This document shows, piece after piece, positions 36,134 to 57,417 of a stretch of 64,000 nt of DNA. Within the stretch, counting starts at the first letter, position 1; each line of letters begins with the position of its first letter. Made by a program: the position numbers and the translations under genes. The DNA is taken from assembly GCF_009914755.1 (NCBI RefSeq), contig NC_060925.1; one strand, given 5' to 3'. Source of the DNA: the human T2T-CHM13v2.0 reference genome, Homo sapiens. The notes below the pieces were generated by a model, which saw only the letters and a program-made list of their open reading frames with translations, did no database searches and had not been told where the DNA came from.

Positions 36134-37212
36134 GAAGCATCCCCAACATCCTGAGTGTCCTGCTACCGTACTGTACTTGCCATACCACACTGTTAACATC
36201 TGCTTATGCACACACAGCATGGCTTTCCCAGTAGGTGGTGTGAGAACGGGGAGAGGCAGAGAGCTGAGTTCAGTTGGAAGGCTCATTCAGATGGAAGCCC
36301 CCAAGGGGATCTTCTTAGGAGGGGGCGGCCAGGGGCTACTCAGACATTTGGAAGACAGGCAAAAAGCATCCCAGCAGGCAGCTGCCTGAGGCAGATCTAA
36401 GCAGACAGGTCATGCACAGTGGTGCATGCAGAATTGCATTTGTAAGATAAGCATCAATCAAATCTTTCCTCTATTTTGTGACAGTCACATAAAATGATAG
36501 AGCTATCTCCGTGACAAGCAATACAGATGAAGGCCCAGGGACCATCTGGGAAGTCGTCCCTGTCCCAGGCTGGGGGAAAGAAATGACTCCTCAAAGGGTG
36601 GCTGTGAAAAACAACCCTTTCAGTCTGATAGGCGGCAGAAATAAGCACCTAAGGAAGAAGCCAACTTCAGCCAGGAAAGAGCGGGGAGGAGGAGGAGAGA
36701 GCCCTAAAATCCAGCGAGAAGAGATCAGCTCAATAAATGGAGTGAAGAAGTGAATGAAGGAACTTACCTTTTGTTGCAAAGAACATGAGACTGAGTCCAA
36801 GAGACCTGGCATTTGAAAGATAAGCCCTGGCTCTTTCAGTGGTCCTGTAAACTTAGGCAAATCACACCCCTGGCCTCAGTTTCCTTATCTATAAAAGGAG
36901 CTCATAAAATGGCTTCCTGGCAAAACTGTTGCAAGAATTAAAACCTGTATATGGGAGGGTGTTTTATTAACCCCTTATTTTGTTTGTTTGTTTGTCTCTG
37001 TGCTTCATGGTTTCTTCTAGCAAGTCATCCTGTGTAGTGGAAATAGTTTGGAGCTCCAAATCAAACAAACTAGATTCAGTTTCCAGGTCTATCATTTATT
37101 ACCTATGAGACCTTGGCAAGAAATGTTACATGATTAAGACAGTTTCCTCATTCATAAAACAAGTGTTGTTGGGAAAATTATAGGTAATGTGGGTTATACA
37201 TCTAGAATAGTA

Positions 37213-37641
37213 CAGTAATTTCTTGGTATAGGCAAGGGATTGGCTCCAGGACCCCCATATATACCGAAATCCACGCCTACTCAAGAACCACAGTTGGCCC
37301 AGTGGAACCCACCTAGACTAAAAGTTGGTCCTCTGAATATACAGACTTCACCTCCCTTCACTACTGTATTTTCTTCTCTTTTTCTTCTTTTTTAAGAGAT
37401 GGGTGTCACTCTGTTTCCCAGGATGGAGTACAGTGGCCTGATCATAACTCACTGTAGCTTCAGGTTCCTGGGCTCAAGCGATCCTCCTACCTCAGCCTCC
37501 CAAATAGCTGGGATTCCAGGTTTGAGCCACTGCGCTTGACCCACCATGGTATTTTTTTTTAATCAGTGTTTGGTTGAAAAAAAAAATTCAGGTATAAGTG
37601 AACCTACACAGTTCAAACCCATGCTGTTCAAAGGTCAACTG
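37213..37641 (+). mobile_element. MER2 DNA transposon with an Alu monomer insert
   Basis: ggattggctccaggaccccc ... gttcaaacccatgctgttcaaaggtcaactg. Confidence 0.75.
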
Positions 37642-38593
37642 TATATGCAATATAGCAGGGGCTCAATAATGTAATTCCCTGTCTTCCTACTTGGAGCATT
37701 TCAGTGAGAATAAGAAGGGAGTTGGGCAAATGTGGACCTCATCCTCCTTTAAGCCATACTCTACTTTTCTAATTCAATCTGTCTTTAGACCATTCCCCAC
37801 TGCTGACCCATCACCACCTTCTCATTGTTTTCCCAGGTCTCCTAGAGCCACAGAAACAATATCACAATAGCTACCATTTATTGAGCACCTACTAAATGTC
37901 TAGCATTCTACAAGATGCTTTCAAAGCATTCCATCTTGCACCAACAGATGCTTGATATTCATTTCCTTCCTCCTCCAGATTGGAAAGAGATAGCCATGGG
38001 TGTGTCCACTGACAAAACAGGAACACCTGCAGAATAACATCAGTGGCCTCTCTCTTTGTACATTGTTTTACAGTTTACAATGTTCTTTTCACCCACATTA
38101 TCCTATTTGATTCTCACAACAATTCTTGGGAATGGATGAAGAAATTGAGGCAGGAGCACCAATTATTCATTCAATCAACATTCACCAAGCACCTACTATG
38201 CACCAGGACCTGTGCTATACTTTAGGGAGATGGAGAGAAACCCTAGGAGCTTCAAGCTTAGAGGGGAAATCTATTTAAATATTTTGTATAGGTTACTGAT
38301 GCCTCCCTTCATGTCATAATCTTTAAGAAACTGAAGATCTATTTCTTGGACTGGAGATGCTTTTAGATTTTTGCCTTTTCCCATACGGTTTCCTCTGATA
38401 GGAACACACTTTCCTCCACTGCTAGCTAAATCCTTCATGACCAGGAAGGCTTCCCCAACCCACCCACCTCCCCCAAAATGCTTCTTCTCTGGCTCCCACA
38501 GGGCACCAGGGCTTTCCACTTCTATAGATAGGGCCTTTCACGGCTTCCATTGTCTTCCTCTGTTTATAGGCACAGAACAGGTGGACACCCACC

Positions 38594-38599
38594 TGTGCG

Positions 38600-38650
<51 letters not shown>
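38594..38650 (+). repeat. (GC)6(AC)21 microsatellite, Z-DNA-prone
   Basis: Read directly. Confidence 0.95.
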
Positions 38651-38653
<3 letters not shown>

Positions 38654-38721
38654 CTCCTTTTACTGTCTCCCACCCCTTTCCATCTGGATTCCAGGAAGCC
38701 GGGGGAAGAGGGCCCATCTTG

Positions 38722-38724
<3 letters not shown>

Positions 38725-38770
<46 letters not shown>
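38725..38770 (+). repeat. (TG)23 microsatellite
   Basis: Read directly. Confidence 0.95.
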
Positions 38771-38774
<4 letters not shown>

Positions 38775-39499
38775 GAGGGCCCATCTTTCTCCCACCTCCT
38801 CCACATCTCTCTTAGCTTCCAAAGGCTGCTGCCCTGCCCTCCCCAAAGTTGCTTCCATGCTTGGACTACAGAACAGAGTTGGATGACTTTTTCTGTCCAC
38901 GATTCTCTTATTTTCTGTGATCCCCGGTGCCCGTGTAACAAGGTCCAGTGCCTGGGTCCCCTCCTTGGACTCCTGAGTGGCCGAGACACCGCTAGTGCGT
39001 GGACACCACTCCAGCCCCCATTACCTTTCCACCCTTACACCACGACCCACACCTGGCCTCCTCCCCAGGCTGACCCAGCGCCCCACCACCCTATCTATAC
39101 ACTCCAAGTTCTCCCACGATTCCTCCACTTGCAGCCGCCAGACCCTACTCTATTCCAGAGCCTCCTCTCCACTCCTGACCAGAATGTAGGCCCCTGTGTC
39201 CATTTCCAAGGCCACTTCCCTGTGTCTCCACCGGCTCCCTGCCCCCTTCCTCTGCAGCAGGGTAGACCCAACCTGGCCTCTCACCCTTCCATTCTCCCAA
39301 GCTTCCCGCCCCCAAGCCCCACCCCTCGTCTTCCATCTACAGTTACCCCCACGCCGGTCCCCAGCCGGGCTCAACCTCCGACCCCAGCTATCCATACCCA
39401 CATCCCCCATAAATGACCCTCTTTCGACCAGACACTGCCCTGCTGCCTTTCTCCTTCCCAGCTATCCATACCCACATCCCCACCCCCGACCCTCTCCCA

Positions 39500-40330
39500 A
39501 CCAGACACTCCCCAGCTGCCCAGCGCCCCTTGCCCTCGGCACCTCAGTCCCCTCCAGCTCCAAACGACCCCCGCCCAGCCAGTCCCCTCCCCTCAGCTCC
39601 TCACCTCCATGCCTCCCCCCGCACCCCCGCTCTAGCTCCCCTCAGTCCGCTCCCTTCACCGCCCCCTTCGCTGCCCCTCGGCTGCCCGGTACCACCTTTC
39701 CGCACAGCCCCACTCCGCCCTCCTCGCAGCTCCCCCGCCCCCCACGCCCCCGTTTCCCCCAGCGATCCCTCACTGCCCTCCAGTTGCCCCCCATCTCTCC
39801 TCCCAGCCCCAGCGCCGTCTTTCTTGCTCCCCTCCCGCCCTTGGAGCTCCCCCGGCTGCCCCCAACGTCTGGGAGACCCCCTCGGCGCCCCCTCCCTAGG
39901 TGAGCCCCACCTCTGCCGCCGCGGAGCCCCCTCCCTCGCTCCTCCCCCGGCTTCCTTCCGCTGCCCCGCGCTCCTTCTCGGCGCCCGCTCTCGGTGCCCA
40001 GCGCCCCGCGCCGGGGATCGGTCCCTGATCCTCCGCGGGCGGGCTGCCGGGGCCGCGCCCCTTACCGCGGACTCCGAGTGCGGGACGACGGGTTCGCTCC
40101 CGGACGGTCGGCGGGACGGCAGGACCTGGCGTCGGGAGGGCGCGGAGGGGGCCGGGGCGGGGCGCTGCGGGATGGTCTGGTCCGGTCAGGTCCTCACAGT
40201 GGCGCCTGAGGGCTGAGGCTCCCGCTCCAGCACTGCTCCGCTCCGGCCGCATCCAGGCCCCGCCCAAGGGCGGAGTCTGTGTTCGCCCCGCCCCGGCCCT
40301 CAACTCCTAGCAGGTGTAATCCGAGGTGAC
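39500..40330 (-). promoter_or_regulatory. RAB3B: CpG-island promoter of RAB3B with GC boxes
   Basis: Very GC- and CpG-rich stretch; Sp/KLF GC boxes ggggcgggg (~40153-40162) and gggcggag (~40268-40275); no obvious TATA box. Confidence 0.88.
40066..40215 (-). other. RAB3B: RAB3B non-coding exon 1 (5' UTR); 5' end approximate
   Basis: Strong donor GCG|GTAAGG (plus strand cttac 40061-40065) inside the only CpG island, upstream of an exon that starts at ATG. The TSS cannot be placed exactly from sequence. Confidence 0.8.
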
Positions 40331-40745
40331 TCAGGACCTCCAGGTCCCCCATGTCTGGGTGACTCTCGTGATTTATCTTAATTGTCATGCCTCGTTCCAT
40401 TGACTGAACTTACTAGGGTAATTAGAGAGCTTTGATGATAATGTAGCTGATGATGGGTAGCAGTTTTGCCATTTCCAAACTGCTTTCTGGTCCGGTCCGT
40501 TCTATGGCTCCGTCTTCACAAAAGCCCAGAGAGGGAGGCTGACTACAAGCGGAAACCAAGCCAGAAACCTGGACGCTGTCCTCTACCCTATCTGTGTTTC
40601 CTTCACACCCCACATCCCACCGCCTTAACATATCCCTGCCCTTCCTCTGTGTCTCCATTGCCCTTGTTCTGACTCCAGCATCATCACTTCTTGCTTGGAC
40701 TAATGCAACAGCTTCCTAATTCCTGCCTTCACTCTCCAATTCACC

Positions 40746-42200
40746 CTATAAAACCAGGACGTGGTGTCAGCATGGCCATTTCCACCCTTGTACAAAAATT
40801 CTTTCTCCTGTGGTCTCCAGTCATACCACCCTCCACCCCTCCTCATCACTGACACCCAATTGTTCCTTATGCATTAAAGATTGCAGCCCCTGGCCCATGG
40901 TCATCCTAACTAGCCCCTGTTCTGCCATACTCCTGGTGACTTCGGTAGCTGTGAGACTTCCTGGTCCCATTCATTCTGAGTCAGATACCAAAATCATTTT
41001 GACACAAGCCCGAGCAACCCTTTAAAAAATGTCACCATGTTACCATCAACCTTGTTTAAGAAAACTCTCGGCCAGGCACAGTGGCTGACGCCTGTAATCC
41101 CAGCACTTTGGAAGGCCAAAGTGGGCAGATCACTTGAGGTCAGGAGTTCGAGACCAACCTGGCCAACATGGTGAAACCCTGTCTCTACTAAAAATACAAA
41201 AATTAGCCGGGCATGGTGGTGCATGCCTGTAGTCCCAGCTACTTGGGAGGCTGAGGCAGAATTGCTTGCACCCAGGAGGCAGAGGTTGCAGTGAGCCGAG
41301 ATCACTGCACTCCAGCAGTGCACTCCAGCCTGGGCAACAAAGCCAGACTCCATCAAAAACCAAACAAACAAACAAACAAAAACCTCTCAATGGTTTCCCA
41401 TTACCAGGAGGCTGTCAACAGGAGTAGAAAAATGTTCTTGCCTGGCCTGGCCCTAGGAAGTCCCACTTCCACTAGAGGAGGCAGATAGAGGAGGCAATAA
41501 ATACCCCACCCTCAAATCCTGATATGGACTTCCAGTCTTCCTGAGGTCACAGGAGCCAGCTGAAGGCTTGCTCTAGAATCATTGTCTTTCCCCACACTTC
41601 TCCCCCATCTCAGATCTTAGAGGTCTGAGTCAAATACCAAAACCATTTTCCCCCCAAGTTCCATTATGACCCTGTCTACAGTGTACATCTCCAGCCTAGG
41701 AACCACCCAAGCTGACAGCTCCTCTGCTTGTCTGGCCTCTGCCTCAGACGCTTACTCTTCTGAGCTTCTTGCCCAGCCCTTTCACTCACACTGCCCATCA
41801 CACTGGCAGCTCTTTCCTCTGTGCCTTCTAGAATCCTGTTCTTTTGTCAACAAACTCTGCTATACCCTCTGCTTCTTCAGAGTACTCAGGTGACTTCTTT
41901 GCCTGAGCCTCCTCCAGGTACTGCCTCCTTTGCTGCCCTCTGCTAGAAGGCTTCTCATTTTTCCACTCCCCATATACTATAAAACTAGGATGTGGGGATG
42001 GCATGGCCATTTCCACCCTTGTACAAAAATTCTTTCTTCTGTGCTCTCCAGCCATACCCCCCTCAACCCCTCCTCATCACTGACCCCCCAATTGCTCCTT
42101 ATGCATTAAAGATTGCAGCCCCTGGCTCATGGTCATCCTCACTAGCCCCTGTCCTGCCATCCTCCTGGTGACTTCAGTAGCTATGAGATTTCCTGGTCCC
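40746..42200 (+). repeat. Direct duplication of ~223 bp (40746-40968 and 41977-42200)
   Basis: Both copies run ctataaaac...catggccatttccacccttgtacaaaaattcttt...tcctggtccc; about 90% identical by eye. Confidence 0.92.
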
Positions 42201-42942
42201 TCAGTCCTTGTCCTCCACATCACCTTGGCCACCAGCTCCCATGGTCACTCTTGAGCTCTTAATCACCCACTGCTGGTACCTCTGTAATAGCAAAATCAAA
42301 CATGCTACGCTGAACTGCTCCCTCACTCTCTTTCTCTCACAAGGCCCTACTTTCCTCATTTCAAAATAGACGAGATGATAATGATTATTCTTTCTTCCTA
42401 GGAATAATGAGACAGCATATAGAGCCATCCTTTTAAAGTTGTGAGACAATATGAGAACAGATGGTATTGCTTTTATGTAGCCTCAGTTCTTCTGGTTGCT
42501 TTCTCCTTCTCCCTCCTCTGAAAGGCGGTATAGTAAATTAGAAAGGGCACACACAGGCTTGGGGCCAGGCAGACCTGGTCTTCAGTCCTTGCTTGCTGTG
42601 TGATCTTATGCCAATTACCTAATTTCTCTCGCACGCACACCCCTTCCTCATTTGTAGAAAGAGCAATAATAAGAGCTGCTTCTCAGAGTTGTTGGGAAGA
42701 TCAAATGAGAACACAAGCTACTGGAGAGGACTTGATAGAGTGGTAGGCATACAGTAAGCATTCAACAAATAGGAAACACTGTGCTTCGTATAACAGAAAA
42801 AAAAAAGTGCTATTTTTAAACCACAACTGCCTTCCAGGAATGACAGATCCCAATGCACAGAAAGTCCTTTTGTCCTGCTTGGGGCCTCAATTGATGAGAG
42901 TGAATACGTAACTTTGGGAGAAGAAATTGCTCTCTATGTTTA

Positions 42943-46052
<3,110 letters not shown>

Positions 46053-46789
46053 TCAAGCAATCCTCCCACCTCAGCCTTCCAAGAAGCTAAGATCGCAGGT
46101 GTCAGCTTTTTATTGAATGATAATCAGTGGCTTAGAAAATGGCACAAGCGGATGTCGTTTGGAATGTTCAAATTTTCACAAGGTGAATATTTACCCTAGT
46201 GTGAGTCCCTCATGGCCAGCTTAGGAACTCAGATGTGTTGACAGGTCAGACATTTCCATCCAACCCATTCAATAGATTGCTCCATGCAATAGGGTAGCTG
46301 AAGCAGGTACCTGTGAAACAGCTGAGAAATGTAGGATTCAATGAGAGGAGTGATGGAAGATCGGGGAGGAAAGAGAAGAAGAGGCCAGATGGTCCAAGGC
46401 CTTGTACATCATATTAGGGATTTGGGAGCTTACCTTGCAAACAAAAAGATTTTAAGCAATGGAGTAACATGGTTACATATTCTTGTGAGAAAGATAGCTC
46501 TGCCTGTGGCAGGGGAATACAACAGATTGGATGGGAAGGATAGGGAGCAGAGAGATAGGAGACAGAGAAAACAATAGAGATTGCTGTAATAATCTAGATA
46601 AGAGATGACTAGGACCTGAGCTAATGTCATAGCAATGGGAAAGGTAGAAAGCAGAGGGATTTGATATATATTTAGGAGGTAAAGTTCCCTGGACTTGGTG
46701 ACAGATTAAATGTGAGATATAAAGAAAAGGGCACCAGCCTAAACAACCAGGTAGATAATAAAACCATTTACTGAAACAGGAAGCAAAGA

Positions 46790-47320
46790 AGTTGTTTCTG
46801 TTATCTATTGCTGCATTTAAAAAACACTCCCAAAAGTTTAGTGGCTTAAAATAGCAATAATTCACTATTTCTCATAATTCTGTGAGTGGCTAACTGCCTC
46901 CTTTGCTGGTTTCACCTGCGATCATTCAGGAGCTGCATTCAGTTGGAAGGGCTGCTGGCCTGGAAGGTCTAAGATGTCCTTATTCATAAGTCTGGCAATC
47001 AGTGCCAGCTGAGGACTGGCACCCCAGTTTTTCTGCATGTGACCTCTCATCCACTAGTAGGCTAGACCAGCTTACATGGTGGTCTCAAGGCAGCATTCCA
47101 AGAGTATAAAGGCAGAAGACACAATCTCTAAAGACCAAGCCTTAGAAATCGCACGACCTCACATATGCTGCATTATATTAACCAAATCAAGTCACAAGCC
47201 CAGTCCAGATTTAAGGGGTGGAAGAAATAAATTCCACTTTTGATTGGGAAGAAGAGCGAAGTCACATCACAAAAAGGCACAATATAAGGAACAAGGAGTC
47301 TATTGCCTTTAACCAAACTA
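46790..47320 (-). mobile_element. Old MLT1 LTR
   Basis: tctgttatctattgctgc...tttagtggcttaaaa...gtcacaagcccagtccagatt. Confidence 0.65.
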
Positions 47321-48983
47321 CTACAGGAGTAGAAACAAATGTGGGTAATGAGAGAAAATGATGAGTATCTCAAATACCACCTCCTGCACAAATCATTCCT
47401 TCCTTCTCTGTGCTTCAGTTTCTTCATTTGTAAAACGAATGAATGTGCAAGTCCATTCCTCTCACCAGCTGCTGTTTACGAGGTGAAAGTGGTTCAAATC
47501 TGCAACAAGGACACTGCTCCATCGCCAGGGCACACACTGTCAGCAGGGGTGGAATCTGAGACACACACAGGGGAAACATTCAACATGTGAATGGTCAGAA
47601 CCCCGGTACCACCCACCACCCCTCCCTCCCCACCCCAACCCTGCCAATGCTTCACCAAGCCCAGCCCATTCTACTTCCCAGGAACTCTTCATTCCATAGC
47701 CACAGTCTCCTCACTATCCTGCTCCTGCAATAGCCTCCAATCTGCCGTTAGTCCGCACTCCACACTGCAACATAGGACGCTTCCTAAAGCCAGCTTGAAA
47801 CCTCCCATTGCCCTACTCAGAAGCTTATCTGTTTAATAAGCCTAATGGCCCCTGGTGATCTGGTCTCATCTACCCTCCAGCCTCACTGCTGGTCACACCC
47901 CCTTCACACCCTGAGCTCCCACGACATTAAACTACTTGCAGTTCTTTGAATGTGGCCTGCTCCATAACATCTTTGTGAATTTGCATCTGTTTTTTTCTCT
48001 CTACCTAGAATGCCATTCAGTCATTTATTCAATAAATCGCTGGTTCACTCACCCAGCTAGCAAATATCTCCCGAACACCTGCTGTGCAGAGACGAATAAC
48101 ATATGGTCCCTGACCCAAGGAACTCAGTGTCTGGTGCAGGACAGTAGACTATAAGATCCACTAATCTGTACTCCACAAGAGGAAAGGCCATACTAGTACC
48201 CAACACAGGGCCTCCTAAACCATTCTTAGAAGAGCTCAGGGATAAGTATATAAATATTAAATACTTATACTGATGCTGAATAAATAAGTACATAAGTATT
48301 AACAAAGGATTTCTTCTCATATCTGCCATCTCATTTAACTTTCACAATGAACCTGTGAAGTTGGGACTGATTCATGCCATCTTAGATGTGAGCAAGTAGT
48401 AACTGGCCCATGGTTTCTTAGCTACTGAAAGCAAGGAAAACCAGGACTCAAATTAGCCACAATAAGAGATTTGGTGAGACATGACTATTTTCTCACAGTG
48501 GGACAGATCAGCAGAGAGGAACCTGAGATGTTAGACCTGGCCCCGTGCTAGGTCCTGGGATGTAGACTTAAGAATTAATTAAACTGAGCCCCAAGGAAAA
48601 GTAGGAGTTAAATGCATGGAGAAGCCACCTAGGCAGATGGGCCAGCATGAACAAAGGCCCAAAAGGTGTGAAATAATGTGAAGTCTTCAGAGAACTTGGA
48701 GTCTCTAGAAGCATAGGCATAATGGGCAGAGCAGCAAGTGATGAGTGAGGCAGAAGAGCTAAGTCGGAGCCAGAGGTCAGGCAAGGCCTCGGTGGCCATG
48801 CTAAGCACAATGGATTCCATGATCAGGGCAGTGCAGGGCTGTTACAGGCCTTTATCCGAGGGGAAGACTTGGCAAAAGTTGTGTTTTAAAAAGATCTTAT
48901 AGCCTGCACAATAGGGATTGAATTGGAGGTTCCAAGATACTGGGAGCAGGGACACCAGAGAAAATGCTGGTGGAGTGACTTCA

Positions 48984-51875
<2,892 letters not shown>

Positions 51876-52756
51876 GACAGATGCCTTTCTAATTTTGGAA
51901 GAATGTCTCCTATTTGTCTTTCCTGGAGGGCTTGCTAAGTAAGGGAGGCTGTTAGGCAAGCCTGTGACCTTCGGCAAAGGTAAGTCTCATACTCCCTCTT
52001 GTGTCCGAAATTGGAACTGTACTCTCTCTGGACTGACCAGTAACCATGGTGCTGAAATCAACCTGGTTATATGGGCTGAATGGCAGGGAACTAGTGTTTG
52101 TTAAGCACCTGCTATATTCCGGGAACCTTCTGAGGTAACTTCCATATATTATCTCATGTCTCATCAACCATTCAACAGAAGAGAAAACTGAAACTCAGCA
52201 AGGTTAAATGACTTCTCCAGGTATTCGTGGATAATAAAGTACAAAACAGATCTAAATGGAAAAACTGGAAAAAAGTCAGTGATATTGATTGTACTACAGG
52301 ATAAAATCCAACCTCCTTAGCAAATATGATTAAATTCTTTTATCTTCAACTTTATTTTCAACCAACTAATCCCCTTGGTCCTTGTGCTCTGGCCATACGG
52401 AATGACTTAGAGTTCTCAGAAATTGCTTTAAATCTCAGCATTTTTGCCCAAGCCTTTGTCTCTTTCTTAGGTGACTTCCTCAATACCCCTTCCTAATCTA
52501 GAAAATTCCTTCCTACACATCCTGTCATCCCATCCAACTTACTTGGAGATAATTTAATCACCCCTTCCTTTGTACTACTTTTGGACCTCAGACATTATAT
52601 ATATACATATATATTCAATAAATACTTGTGGGATGGCTATATATATTTATATATATATATATACATACACCACATGTATATAATACACACACACACACAC
52701 ACACCAGGTCCTATACACTAGGTTTTGTTTTTTCTTTCTTTCTTTTACAATATCCT

Positions 52757-53359
<603 letters not shown>

Positions 53360-53529
53360 TCTTTCACAATATCTTCATGACATTCAATATACTAGGTTTT
53401 GAAGGCATATCAGTGAACAAGAAGACAGATAAAAGCGCCATCCTGATGGTGGATCTTACACTGAAAGTGTCTAGGCAACAAATGCTGATGGTTTAGACCA
53501 TGGTAGTAATGATGGGGGTGAAAAGGAGT

Positions 53530-54517
<988 letters not shown>

Positions 54518-54673
54518 TCACTTTTCAATATGTATACACTACACTTTAAATACGACAGAAATTTGATACCCAGATTATCCACTTAAAACTAATACATGCA
54601 CAAGTCCTTGTTAATAGCTGGAAATTTTACATCATTTCGTTTCCCTTTGAACTTGTATTTCTTTCACTCCACC

Positions 54674-55538
<865 letters not shown>

Positions 55539-55561
55539 CACCCACAGAATCTTAACCTAAT

Positions 55562-55721
55562 TGTGGAGTCCGAATTAGGGAAAAGGCGTTAGGCTGGCGG
55601 AGCAGGGAAAAGCAAAAAGACAAGGCAGATAAGCCCTAAGTCTGCCTTTCTTCATGGTCCAGGACACATAGCCCTCCTGTGCAGATAACTCACATAATCC
55701 ACAATCTTCCTGTGCCCACTT
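55562..55721 (+). mobile_element. 5' fragment of another ERV LTR (possibly LTR15-like)
   Basis: Starts tgtggagtccgaattagggaaaagg...; truncated at the LTR8-like element. Confidence 0.55.
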
Positions 55722-57417
55722 TGTAACCACCCAATGGGTTGACCTTGCCCGCTGCCTAGACAGAGCTTGTGGGGAAAAGCAAGAGAGATCAGATTGTTAC
55801 TGTGTGTGTGTAGAAAGAAGTAGACATAGGAGACTCCATTTTGTTCTGTACTAAGAAAAATTCTTCTGCCTTGAGATTCTGTTAATCTATAACCTTACCC
55901 CCAACCCCGTGCTCTCTGAAACATGTGCTGTGTCAACTCAGAGTTGAATGGATTAAGGGCGGTGCAAGATGTGCTTTGTTAAACAGATGCTTAAGGCAGC
56001 ATGCTCCTTAAGAGTCATCACCACTCCCTAATCTCAAGTACCCAGGGACACAAAAACTGCGGAAGCCCGCAGGGACCTCTGTCTAGGAAAGCCAGGTATT
56101 GTCCAAGGTTTCTCCCCATGTGATAGTCTGAAATATGGCCTCGTGGGAAGGGAAAGACCTGACTGTCCCCCAGCCCGACACCCGTAAAGGGTCTGTGCTG
56201 AGGAGGATTAGTAAAAGAGGAAGGAATGCCTCTTGCAGTTCAGACAAGAGGAAGGCATCTGTCTGCCGGTCCCTGGGCAATGGAATGTCTCGGTATAAAA
56301 CCCGATTGTATGCTCCATCTACTGAGATAGGGAAAAGCCGCCTTAGGGCTGGAGGTGGGACCTGCGGGCAGCAATACTGCTTTGTAAAGCATTGAGATGT
56401 TTATGTGTATGCATATCTAAAAGCACAGCACTTAATCCTTTACATTGTCTATGATGCAAAGACCTTTGTTCACGTGTTTGTCTGCTGACCCTCTCCCCAC
56501 AATTGTCTTGTGACCCTGACACATCCCCCTCTTCGAGAAACACCCACGAATGATCAATAAATACTAAGGGAACTCAGAGGCTGGCGGGATCCTCCATATG
56601 CTGAACGCTGGTTCCCCGGGTCCCCTTATTTCTTTCTCTATACTTTGTCTCTGTGTCTTTTTCTTTCCTAAGTCTCTCGTTCCACCTTACGAGAAACACC
56701 CACAGGTGTGGAGGGGCAACCCACCCCTACAAGAGCTGATTTATCAAGAAAGGGGAATTGCAATAGAGAAAGAGTAATTCATGTACAGCCATCTGTACAG
56801 GAGACTGGAGTTTTATTATTACTCAAATCAGTCTCCCCAAGCATTCTGGGATCAGAATTTTTAAGGATAATTTGGAGGGTGGGGGAGGCCAGTGAGTTGG
56901 GACTGCTGATTGGCTTGGTTGGAGATGAAATCATAGGTGGTCAAAGCTGTCTTCTTTTGCTGAGTCAGTTCCTGGGTGGGGACCTCAAGACCAGATTAGC
57001 CATTTTATCGATCTGGGTGGTGCCAGCTGATCCATCAAGTGCAGGGTCTGCAAAATATCTCAAGCACTGATGTGAGGTTTTATAATAATGATGTTATCCC
57101 CAGGGGCAATTTGGGGAGGGTCAGAATCTTATAGCCTCCAGCTGCATGACTCCACCTAAACCATAATTTCTAATCCTTTGACTACTTTGTTAGTCCTACA
57201 AAGGCAGTCTAGTCCCCAAGGAAGAGGGGGTTTGTTTTGGAAAAGGGCTGTAATCGTCTTTGTTTCAAAGTTAAACTATAAACTAAGTTCCTCCAAAGTT
57301 AGTTCGGGCATACACCCAGGAATGAACAAGGACAGCTTGGAAGTTAGATGCAAGAGGGAGTTGGCTAGGTCAGATTCCTTTCACTGTCTCAGTTACAATT
57401 CTGCAATGGCAGTTTCA
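55722..57417 (-). mobile_element. LTR8-like ERV1 LTR, interrupted by LTR5_Hs
   Basis: Minus strand begins tgaaactgccattgcagaattgtaactgagacagtgaaag and ends ...ggttaca; sequence is continuous across the agagct TSD. Confidence 0.8.
55768..56731 (+). mobile_element. HERV-K(HML-2) solo LTR, LTR5_Hs-like, full length (964 bp)
   Basis: Starts tgtggggaaaagcaagagagatcagattg, ends ccacccctaca; 6-bp TSD agagct (55762-55767 / 56732-56737); AATAAA 56556-56561. Confidence 0.95.

Noticed and set aside
38371-40303. Long overlapping Pro- or HT/CV-rich ORFs (171-288 aa)
   Set aside because: Produced by dinucleotide repeats and the stop-poor C-rich CpG island; no recognisable domain.
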